Source: an uncultured Acidobacteriota bacterium
GTDB taxonomy: Bacteria; Acidobacteriota; Thermoanaerobaculia; UBA5066
NCBI GenBank assembly: GCA_963779415.1
Contig: CAVZYA010000002.1
Coordinates: 288,001-352,000, forward strand
DNA length: 64,000 nucleotides
Direction of reading: 5' to 3'
The translations under genes were made by a program, and so were the position numbers. Positions 19,715 to 29,089 of this stretch are shown here, piece after piece; the stretch's first letter is position 1, and the number at the start of each line of letters is the position of its first letter. A model generated the notes under the pieces. It was not told the DNA's origin. It did no database searches and worked only from the letters and a program-made list of their open reading frames with translations.

Positions 19715-19933
19715 ACAGCGGCCGACACTTCAGGCGCGAGGGCTGTCGGATCACTGAGACATGTTATGGGAATGAGGCGGTATAGACTAGCGGCGAGCAA
19801 TAGGTTCCGGTGTTGACGCGGCGCCGGAGTTTTGGTCCTGTTTGTTGACTTTAGCCTCCGTAGGTTGTTTCGGCAGGTTATACTGTACACTGACGGTCGG
19901 CGTCGACTGCGCGGGTCACTTCTCCAAGGTTCG

Positions 19934-19955
19934 TGGCTGGGCGGTAGGATTCGAA
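19934..19955 (-). mobile_element. tRNA-Gln-like 3' fragment (att-site relic)
   Basis: Reverse complement TTCGAATCCTACCGCCCAGCCA = T-loop, T-stem, acceptor strand and CCA, one base short. Confidence 0.5.
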
Positions 19956-19963
19956 ATCGGTCC

Positions 19964-19991
19964 TTGACAGGGGTCGGCGTCGATTCATATT
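19964..19991 (+). promoter_or_regulatory. Putative sigma70 promoter
   Basis: TTGACA-N16-CATATT upstream of 20035. Confidence 0.45.
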
Positions 19992-20034
19992 GGCCCGTAG
20001 GACCAGCCTAATTCCGAAGAGGAGGATCGACGAG

Positions 20035-20646
20035 ATGACGTCGAACAGAATTTTAGTGACCACCGTGGTCTGTCTATGTTTCGCCCTTGCCTCGACGGGG
20101 TGCGGCACCACCGCGCCGATGTCGCCATCTCTCGTCTCGAGCGACGGCGTCGAGGTTCAGAGCATCCTGACGGAGGTCCAGAAGGCGCTGGACGTGAGCG
20201 CCATCAGGCTGAAAGACCTCCCCGTTCCCCCGCTGGAATCGGTGACGCTCACGCTTCAGGCCTCGGTGGCGCGCGACCTCGGCGGCAAGATCGGCTGCCT
20301 GATCATCGCCTTTGGCCACTCGGTCCAGAGTGAGACCACGCAGGAGATGGTCCTTACTTTGACGCCTCCGAGACCCGGTCAGAGGGCCGTGGCGCCTCCG
20401 ACGGCGACCCTGTCGGAGCAGCTCGTCGACGCCATCGTCGGCGCCGTCAAGGGGGTGCAGACGGCTCGTGAGGGTCAGCCGCCGCTGGAGCTGCAGTCCT
20501 TCGAGACGAGCCTGAGCTTCGTCGTCGAGAAGGACACGAGCGGGAAGGGCGACTTCACGATTCAGCCCGTCACCGTGAGCCTCGGCGCCGACTTCAAGGA
20601 CAAGGCGGTCCAGAAGTTGCGGCTGGTCTTCAAGGCGAAGAAGTAG
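20035..20646 (+). CDS. Lipoprotein with two Trypco2-like domains
   Basis: GAGGAGG RBS; LASTGC lipobox; repeated module LESVTLTLQASV...GG...TTQEMVLTLTP and LQSFETSLSFVV...AVQKLRLVF. Confidence 0.65.
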   Translation: MTSNRILVTTVVCLCFALASTGCGTTAPMSPSLVSSDGVEVQSILTEVQKALDVSAIRLKDLPVPPLESVTLTLQASVARDLGGKIGCLIIAFGHSVQSETTQEMVLTLTPPRPGQRAVAPPTATLSEQLVDAIVGAVKGVQTAREGQPPLELQSFETSLSFVVEKDTSGKGDFTIQPVTVSLGADFKDKAVQKLRLVFKAKK

Positions 20647-20839
20647 TCCCCGAAGCTCGGGGAACCGCCTTTGGGAGAATCCCCCGGTTAAGCTCAGCCC
20701 GATGGCGAGCGAAAAGACGGTTCGCGTCGCAGTGAAACCCGGCATGCGGCCGCCATTTGTGCGATGGCGACAGGGCAGTAAAAACAGCTAGAGCTCGCCT
20801 TGCAACGGTAGCAGCGGTCGAGAGCGCTGACTTTCGGCC

Positions 20840-21800
20840 GGACATTAAGAAAGCGGATCGGCGGGCGCGGTTCTCGCGGCGGAAGGAGCGCCGCGGGAAG
20901 ATCTCGGTCGGTGACGCGAAGGCACCCGAGCGTCCGGAGGACATGACGAATCGTCCTTGGCGGCGAGCCGAGGATGGACGGGGCAAGGCCGACGCATGGC
21001 GCCAGCGCGCCATCACGTCCACGAAGAGGAGCCCCCGGCTTCCACACCCGCAGACCGGGCCGTTCCGGGTTCTCTGCCCCGAGCCGCCGCGGAACGGAAG
21101 AAAGGGGATCTCGCAGGTGCGCCGGAACTCGTCCGTCGAGATGCCGGCTATCTCGGCCAGCTGGCGGTCAGCTGGCGGGAGCACCCGACGCTCCAACCAG
21201 GGTCGTCCGGGAGAACCGCGGCGACATCCACTTGACGAACGCCGCGCGACAGGAAATAACGGAAAGAGTCGGCAAGATACCGAACATTTCGCGAGGTCAG
21301 GGTCATCTTCACCGCGAGGCGGGTCCGGAAGTGCTTCGGATAGTCCCGGCGCAGCCGGACGAGGAGCCGTCCAGGAGCTCAAGCTCCCGGGCCCCGGTCG
21401 TCCTGTGCCGGGAGCGACGCCGTCGTGGAGAGATAGTGATGAAAACGTCCCGGCTGACGAGGAGACGGGCCATCTCCTCGTCGAGCCGGGTGCCGTTGGT
21501 GACGATGCGAACGTCGGGTTTCATCTGCCGGGGCGCCCATTTCCGGACGCGGTCCGAGCGCCGGCCGGATGAGCGGCGCTGCCAGCAGGGGCTCGCCGCC
21601 GTAGAGCGTGAGCCGCGGGCCGGTCCAGCCGGGAAGAGACGAGCTGGCGGATAGCTGCGTCCAGCGACTCTCGGGTGACATCGTCCGGGGCACGCTCCCG
21701 CTGCTGGTAGCAGTAGGCACAGCGGAGGTTGCACGCCGTCGTGAGCATCAGCTGACGGTGCGTACGCCGGGGTCAAGCAGCTCTTCGAGGAGAGACAGTC
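20840..21800 (-). pseudogene. Radical SAM (SPASM-like) enzyme, heavily frameshifted
   Basis: CNLRCAYC, LTLYGGEPLL and IVTNGTRLD motifs in different frames; boundaries approximate. Confidence 0.7.
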
Positions 21801-22216
21801 ACGGCATGGACGGGCCATCTGGATCAGCTGCGTCGGCCGGAGAGTCTGGCCGGGGACCGGGTCTCACTTCCCTTACCGGCTTGTGCTTACCGCGGCTGAC
21901 GCGGTTCTCTCCTCCTCCATCTTGCCCAGAGACGACCGAGGAGGATCGCGGCATCGGCCCGGATCGTCCCCCGGGTCGATCGGGCAGGTATTTGCCTTCT
22001 TGGATCCAGCATCCGTATCAGGGACATGTGCATGGTCCGGAACTTCGAATGTCATCTTCCCGGGCTTTGTCGACAATACTCGATCGCTTCTGCCAATCCG
22101 TTTCATGATGGAAGTCAAGCAGCATGCAAGAACTGTCTTGGCGAGGGTGAGGTGACTTCTGCCATCGGAATCTCCTTTCTCGAGCAGGTCGGGCGGAATG
22201 CGTTGAAGGCGTCCCG

Positions 22217-24881
22217 TCACCGCCCTTCGCGGGACGCCGTGGTGATCCAGAGATTTCCCTTCAATTCGGTGATGTCGGTGGCCAAGAAGCGGCCGTCGCG
22301 GGTGAGGCTGAGGTAGCCCCCTCCGTCGCGGTCACCCAGAACGAGCGCCGGCTTCAGCGGCTCTGTCGCTCCGGAGGCGAGGTCGACACGCGCCGGATCT
22401 GAGAACCGGCGTCCCGAACAGGCCGCTCACGAGGAGCGCCGTGTTCCGTCGGGTTCCCAGGCGAGGTGGCGGGCTCTCGGCGCCCGTCGTGACCTGACGG
22501 GGCGCGGCGCCGGGCCGCAGCATCGACGACCCAGACATCCTGGCCTCGGACGGAACGCGATCCGACTTCGCCGTCCGGGGACCAGACAGGGAACCAGTCC
22601 GTCACGTCCCCCTCCGTGAGGCGCCACGGCTCGCCCGCGGGTAGCCCGGCTCGAAGCGGAAGGATCCAGATGTGGTCATGACCGGAGCGATCCGAGACGA
22701 AGGCCAGCCTCGTCCCGTCCGGTGATAGGCGGGATGGACGTGTCTCTTGTCGGGCTCTCCATCAAGGGGTATCGGCGCTCCCCCGGCCAAAGGCACGGCC
22801 CAGAAGTTCGCCAGTGCCCTTTGAACGGCCGGAAGAAGGCGATCCACGTGCCGTCCGGGGAGAAAGCTGGGAGTCGGCGATGCCCGGTCTCAGAGTTCGT
22901 CAGGCGGAGAGGGGGCTTCTTCCCGGCGCGGCCGGCTTCAAGCTCCTCGAGCCAGAGGTCGTACTTCCCGATCCGTTCGACATGTAGACGACGGCACTTC
23001 CGTCCGGGGCGATGGCGGGCGTTTCGACGTCCCGGCTGCTGGCAGATGCGGCAGAACGTTCCCGTCTTCCTGTCGACCACGACCACATCGCGGTCTAGGG
23101 AGCGAGAGTCGAGAAGACGAGACGGCGGCCGTCGCGTGAGAGGGAGGGGTGGTTAGCCGTGGCCGTCCCCGGCAGGACCCGCTCGGGCGAGCCACCGTTC
23201 AGGCGAGACCCGCCAGATCGACTCGCGGAATGACCCTGCAGGGAAGCTGAAGAGGACGGAGGCGCCGTCGGGCTGAAAAAGCCGGCTCCCGTCTGCCTTT
23301 GTGTCGCGGGTCAGCCTGCCGCGCCGGGCCGCCACGAGGCGGGGACGAGCCAGAGATCTCCGAAGGCGGCGTAGCAGAGGAGCGTCCCGTCGGGGACAAC
23401 GCGGGGTCGAAGTGCCTCCAGCCGCCGTCCTCGTCTCCTGTCAGCCGCATCGGCTCGCGACGGATCCGCGAGCGGCGCCACCCAGACACAGGCGAGCCCG
23501 GAAGGACCGCGCCGCGTAAATGCGATGCGCGTACCGTCGGGAGAGACGGCCGGCATGTCCCCGTTCTCGAAGATCAGGCTCGCGCTTCCGCCGAGTCGCG
23601 GGACCTTCCGGACGGAAGACACTGCCGTTCCGCGTCGAGGCGAAGGCGATCGTGCGTGAATCGGGAAACCAGGCCGGCTTCCTGTTCTCTGCAGGGTCGT
23701 CTGTCAGGCGAAGCGGCTCGCCTCCTTCGGGATCGACAACCCAGATCTCCGCCTTTCCCGAGGCATTGGAGCTGTACGCCACGAGAGTCCCGTCGGGGGA
23801 AAACGCGGGCTCCGCTTCCCACCCAGGAGCGCTCGTGAGCTGGCGCGGGGGATCCCAGCTCCTCGCCGCGAATGTGCTCTTTCCGGAAGTTCGCGGCCAC
23901 TTGAAGGAGATCGCGACGGCCGCGAGCACGACGAGCACCGCGGCGGTGACAAGAGCGACCGCGGCAACGATCCGCCGTCGCCGCACGGGCCGGGGCTTTT
24001 CTCCCGACCTCGAGGCCGGCTGCTGGTCGCTCGAAATGCTTCGGAGAGCGAGTCGCGAGATCGTGCGCCGTGTCGAACCGGTCCTCCGGACGTTTCTCGA
24101 GGCACCGGGAGACGATCCCCCCGAGGACCGGAGGGATCGCCGGCGCCACGTGGTCGAGGGGCTCGGGCTCGCCGTGAAGAAGCGCCGAAACGGTGTCCGC
24201 CGGCGAGGCCCCGGCGAAGGGACGCTTCCCGGAGAGCATCTCGTAGAGGACGCAGCCGAGCGCGAAGATGTCGGTGCGGCCGTCGACTTTCTGCCCGCGA
24301 AGCTGCTCCGGAGCCATGTACGAGAGGGTCCCGACGACCTCGCCGTCGGACGAAAGAGCGCCACCGGAGGGGGAGGTCAGCGTGACGGCGTCCTCGGAGA
24401 TCGGCTCGTTGATCTTCGCGAGGCCGAAGTCGAGGACTTTTACGCGGCCGTCCGCCGTGACGAAGACGTTCTCCGGCTTAAGGTCCCGATGGACGATTCC
24501 CGCGGAATGTGCCGACGCGAGACCATCGGCGATCGAGGCCGCCAGCTCCGCGGTCTTGCGCCATGGAAGCGCCTCACCGGACATCCGGTCCCGCAGCGTC
24601 TCGCCGTCCAGAAGCTCCGTGACCGCGTAGAGGCGGCCGTCACTCTGGCCGAAATCGTGGATGCCGAGGATGTTGGGGTGGGAGAGCGCGGCGAGGGCGC
24701 GGGCCTCCGTCTCGAACCGGGCGACGCGACGAGGGTCCTGCGAGAGCGAGTCGGGGAGGATCTTGACCGCGACCTGACGCCCCAGCCTCGTGTCACGGGC
24801 CCGGTAAACCTCCCCCATCCCGCCCGCCCCGAGGGGCGAAAGGACCTCATAAGGGCCGAGTCGGATCCCTGGCGGGAGCAT
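22217..24881 (-). pseudogene. Ser/Thr protein kinase with TM helix and TolB/PD40 repeats, multiply frameshifted after the kinase domain
   Basis: GAGGMGEVY, HRDLKPEN, DFG, YMAPE; P.FSPDG repeats in several frames. Confidence 0.85.
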
Positions 24882-24974
24882 TGTTTTGGCCCTGGTGGCC
24901 CGAGACTGTCTCGAACAAATCTGGTCGGCCGATGGACTTATGTCAAGGCGATCCCGCCGAAAGTCGTGGTTCTG

Positions 24975-25415
24975 TCAGACCGACGACTTCAGCTTCCGGA
25001 GAACCTTCAGGTCCTCGAGGTCTTTCGGCCGCCCTGCCGCTTCCTTCATCCGGATGAGATCGTCGAGAGATGCAAAGGCCGCCGGGGTCCGGCCTAGATG
25101 GCTCTCGACCCGGTTTCTCCAGACATCCTCGAACGTGGCGCCCGCGACGAAGGGGTGCAGATCCGTCTGAAGGATGTACTGGCGGATGAGGACCTTCTTC
25201 TTCAGGAGATCGTCGATCGTGAGATCCGTCACGTCGTAGCCGAAGTCCGAGAGGGCGTCACGCACACGCCGGGCGTTCTCCTCCGATGCTTCGATGAAGA
25301 GATCGACGTCCAGCGTCGCCCGCGCATAGCCATGCACGGGAAACGCCGTCGCGCCGATGACGACGTAACGCGCCTTACGGGCGTTTAAGAATCGAAGAAG
25401 GCTCTCCGTGTCCAT
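24975..25415 (-). CDS. Nucleotidyltransferase family (DUF6036-like) protein
   Basis: VIGATAFPVHGYARATLDVD and KEAAGRPKDLED motifs. Confidence 0.85.
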   Translation of the reverse strand: MDTESLLRFLNARKARYVVIGATAFPVHGYARATLDVDLFIEASEENARRVRDALSDFGYDVTDLTIDDLLKKKVLIRQYILQTDLHPFVAGATFEDVWRNRVESHLGRTPAAFASLDDLIRMKEAAGRPKDLEDLKVLRKLKSSV

Positions 25416-25590
25416 GCGCCCTCAGGGACTCGGCCATCTGCCGCGACCGCGCGAACATCAGCTCGAAGCGCTGCTCGGCGGTCAGGCTCCTCAGAAACGC
25501 CAGCTCGAACTCCAGCTCGCGCTCTTCGTCCTCCTCCGCCTTAGAGAGCTTCAGTGTCGCGTCCGGCCCGGTTTGGATCGCCTTCTCCAC
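25375..25590 (-). CDS. Small partner protein of the nucleotidyltransferase
   Basis: 71 aa, overlaps the downstream gene; FLRSLTAEQRF motif. Confidence 0.65.
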   Translation of the reverse strand: MEKAIQTGPDATLKLSKAEEDEERELEFELAFLRSLTAEQRFELMFARSRQMAESLRAHGHGEPSSILKRP

Positions 25591-25620
25591 GCGTGGGAAT
25601 TCTAGGCTTTTTCGGAAGGC

Positions 25621-26930
25621 TCACGAACGGGCTGCGATGATCTCGGCCGCCTGCCGGCCGATCCGGACGGCGTAGTTCTGGCCGCGGTCCTCGGGGTAGA
25701 TCTGGGCCATGCAGGCGGAGTAGAGGCCGGGGACGGGGGTCTCGATCGGCGGAAGGATCCGGGAGTAGTTCGCCGGGATGATCGGCTGGGCATACTCGCC
25801 CCGCTCGATCGACTTCTTCAGGATCCAGGCCGGCTCGAAGCGAGGGTTGATCCGGACGAGCGCCGGGAGATAGATCCCCCAGAGCGACTCGTCCCGCATC
25901 GTCCACCTCGGATCGTCCGGAAGGACGTAGTTCGACAGGTAGAGGACGTGCCGGCCGCCGTACTTTTCCTTCGGGATGTAATTGGTGTGCTCGATGACGC
26001 CGCCAAAGGGCATCGTGTCGTCGGCGATGTTGGTCCAGTAGTAGGGGTGGAACGACCGGTCCAGCTCCATCACGGGGCAGAGCGCATGCGCGTACCGGAC
26101 CTGGCTCCAGACGTCGCGCGTCTCCTCGGGAAGGTCGGGGGCGATCTTCAGAAGCTCGGGGATCGCGATCGTCGAGAGGACGATGTCGAAGCTCTCCGGT
26201 CCGCCCGAGGAGGTCACCTCGAACCGTCCGCCTGCGGATCGACGGACGATCTTCACCGGGCGGGCCGTCCGGACCTCCCCGCCCCGCTCTTTCACCCGGC
26301 CGAGGACGGCGGCGATCAGGCGGCCGAACGAGCCGCGCATGTAGCCAAGCCGCTCGCCGAGACCCGTCTTGTCGCGTGAGCGGGTCCGGAGAAAGATCTT
26401 TCCCCAGAGCCAGACGAGGCCGATCTCCTCCGCGGCGCGTCCGTATTTCTGCCGGAGCAGGGGCCCCCAGACGACGTCGAAGACCTTTCCGTAGCCGTTC
26501 CTCTTCAACCACCCGGCGGCCGTCTCCCCTTCCAGAGCCTTCCAGTCGGAGTCGTGGCGGAGGCGGAGCGTCGAGAGGACGAACTGAAGCCGCCCCGAGA
26601 GGCCGAGCGGCGAGAACTTCAGGAGAGACGCAGGGGTCCCGAAATCCCAGAGCCTCCCCTGGCTGTAGATCCCCATCTTCGAAGGGAGCCAGTCGATCTC
26701 CTTCTCGAGGCCGAACTCGCGCGCGAAGTCGACGTAGTCGGTGTCGCCCGTGAAGAGGTGGTGGTAGAAGCGCTCGAGGGGTGTCCCGCCGACGTCGAGC
26801 GTCCCGACGAGCCCCCCGGCCTCCGGCCATTTTTCGAAGACCGTCACGGGAAACCCGCTCTGAAGGAGCCGGTCGGCCGCCACGAGGCCCGCGAGGCCCC
26901 CCCCACGACGGCGATCCGGGGGCGCGTCAC
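25621..26930 (-). CDS. NAD(P)/FAD-dependent oxidoreductase (amine oxidase/PPO-like); 1-bp frameshift in G-run near 26900
   Basis: RIAVVGGGLAGL restored by one extra G; ERFYHHLF; IYPEDRGQN. Confidence 0.85.
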
Positions 26931-26974
26931 GGCGGCAGTTTAACCGGCGGGGTGTGCTACCTTGATCTTCCGCT

Positions 26975-29089
26975 GTGACCCTTCTCGCGTCCGTTCTCTT
27001 CGCGCTGGCGCTTCTCTTCGCCGCGCTCGGCGGCGCGGCGGCGGTCGCCCGCGTCTTTCGCGACGAGCCGGACGACGCTCTTCGCAACGACGTCGTCCTC
27101 GGCCTCGCCCTCCCGGCCGGCCTCGTCCTCGCGGCCCTCCCGGGCTGGATGCTCTCCGCCCTCTCGGGGCTCTCCATCGGGACGCGGGAGATCGTCCCCG
27201 TCTCGATCGACCGGGTGGTCCTGCCGCTCGCCGCGATCGCCCTCCTCGGTGCGCTCGCCCTCTGGGGAAAGGAGCTCCTCTCCGCACTCGGCCCGGCGCG
27301 GCGTCTCGTCCTTCCCCTCGCGTTCTTTCTGGCGCTTTTTCTCGGCTTCGTCTGGCTCCGCCTGCCGACCGGGGAGGTCCGGGGGACCGAGAAACCGATG
27401 GACCTGGCCGTCCTTTCGAACCTGATGACGACGAGCGGTCTCCCGCTCGCCGACCCGTGGATGTCGGGCGAGCGGTTCCCCTATTACTACTTCGGGACGT
27501 TTCTCTTCGCCCTCCCGGCCCGCGCGGCGCGCCTGATGCCGGAGATTGCCTACAACCTCATCGCGGCCCTCCTCCCGGCCGTGACCGGTTTCGCCCTCTT
27601 CGCCGCCGTCCGGGCGCGGGGGGGAAAGCGGTCGCTCGCCGTCTTCGGCGGCCTCCTCGCCGTCATCGGCGGGACGCCCGACGGTCTCCGGCAGTGGCTC
27701 TCGGGGCAGGCCCTCCCCGACATCGACTTCTGGGCCTCGTCCCGCCGGGTCCAGAACGCCATCACCGAATGGCCGCTCTTCACCTTCCGCCTCGCCGACC
27801 TCCACCCGCACGCGATGACGCTCCCGATCCTCGTCGCCTTCATGGCGGTGGCGGGGCGGGTCGCGAGCGTGCCGGGCGTCTTCCTCGACGCCGTGACGGC
27901 GGGGGCGGTCCTCTCGGCAAACCCGTGGGACCTGCCGGCGGTCCTCCTGATCCTCGCCGCCGGGAATCTCGCCGAGCGGGAGGTTCGCGCCACCGTGATC
28001 CGTAGCGCCGCGACGCTCGGGATCGCGGCCGTCGTCCTCATCCCCTTCTTCCGCTCGCCACGGCCGCGCCTCCACGGGATCACGTTCTTCCCGAACGCCA
28101 CGACGGCCGCCGAGGCTTTCCTCCACTTCGGCGCTCTCCTCGCCGTCCCGGCCCTCGCTTTCGGCATCGCGGTGGTCCGGTCGCGGACGCGCCCGGACGA
28201 AAAGCTCCTCTTCGCCACCCTTTTCCCCGCGATCGGAATCTTCACGGCCATCGTGACGCGGCGACCCGCCCTCGGCCTAGCCATCGGCTTTCTCCTCGGC
28301 GTCGCGTGGTTGCTCTTCCGGAAGGGGGACGACGGCGCGGACGCCGCCGCGCCTCCGGAAGGTGCCGTCCGGGCGGGCTTTCTCTTCGCCGGCGCGGGGG
28401 CGGCGCTCGCCGTCGTGGCGGACGTCCTCGTCGTGACGGACACGTACGGCGAGCAGCTCCGGCGGATGAACACGATCTTCAAGACCTGGTCCGACGCATG
28501 GCCGCTCCTCGCCCTCGGGACGGCTCTTCTTCTCCCGGTCGTCCTCTCGGCCCGGCGGGCTCGGACGGCGATCCGCGCCGTTCTTTTCCTCGCGCTCGCG
28601 GCAGCGGTCGATCCACCCTGCTTTCCGCCCTCGCCTTCCGGCTCCGGCTGGACGGGGGGATCTCTCGACGGGCTCGCATGGATGTCGCGCGAGGCGCCGG
28701 GGGACCGGCTCGCCGTCGAGTGGCTGAGGCGCCATGCCCGGCCCGACGCCGTCATTGCCGAGGCGACCGGAAACCCGTACTCGGACTTCGGCCGGATCGG
28801 CGTGGCTTCGGGGCGGCCGACGCTCCTCGGCTGGGCGAACCACGAAGGGCTCTGGCGGGCCGAGGCGGGCGACGCCGAGATCCATTCGCGGCAGAACGAC
28901 CTCCAGACGCTCTATCTTTCGATGGACCCTCCTTCCGTCCTCGACGTGATCAAGCGGAGGAAGATCGACTACATCGTCCTCGGGCCGCTGGAGTACAAGG
29001 TCTTCGGGCCGAACGCCCTCCCGACGCGCGGCGGGCTCCGCCGCGTCTTCGACGAGAGCGGAACCGCGATCTACGAGCCGAATCCGTGA
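26975..29089 (+). CDS. DUF2298 (Chlor_Arch_YYY) GT-C-like membrane protein
   Basis: EKPMDLA, DPWMSG, YYYFG, LADLHPH, RMNTIFK, GWANHE motifs. Confidence 0.88.
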   Translation: MTLLASVLFALALLFAALGGAAAVARVFRDEPDDALRNDVVLGLALPAGLVLAALPGWMLSALSGLSIGTREIVPVSIDRVVLPLAAIALLGALALWGKELLSALGPARRLVLPLAFFLALFLGFVWLRLPTGEVRGTEKPMDLAVLSNLMTTSGLPLADPWMSGERFPYYYFGTFLFALPARAARLMPEIAYNLIAALLPAVTGFALFAAVRARGGKRSLAVFGGLLAVIGGTPDGLRQWLSGQALPDIDFWASSRRVQNAITEWPLFTFRLADLHPHAMTLPILVAFMAVAGRVASVPGVFLDAVTAGAVLSANPWDLPAVLLILAAGNLAEREVRATVIRSAATLGIAAVVLIPFFRSPRPRLHGITFFPNATTAAEAFLHFGALLAVPALAFGIAVVRSRTRPDEKLLFATLFPAIGIFTAIVTRRPALGLAIGFLLGVAWLLFRKGDDGADAAAPPEGAVRAGFLFAGAGAALAVVADVLVVTDTYGEQLRRMNTIFKTWSDAWPLLALGTALLLPVVLSARRARTAIRAVLFLALAAAVDPPCFPPSPSGSGWTGGSLDGLAWMSREAPGDRLAVEWLRRHARPDAVIAEATGNPYSDFGRIGVASGRPTLLGWANHEGLWRAEAGDAEIHSRQNDLQTLYLSMDPPSVLDVIKRRKIDYIVLGPLEYKVFGPNALPTRGGLRRVFDESGTAIYEPNP

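Noticed and set aside
26897-26904. Phase-variable G-tract in the oxidoreductase gene
   Set aside because: An 8-base homopolymer one base short is more simply a sequencing error, given other single-base indels.
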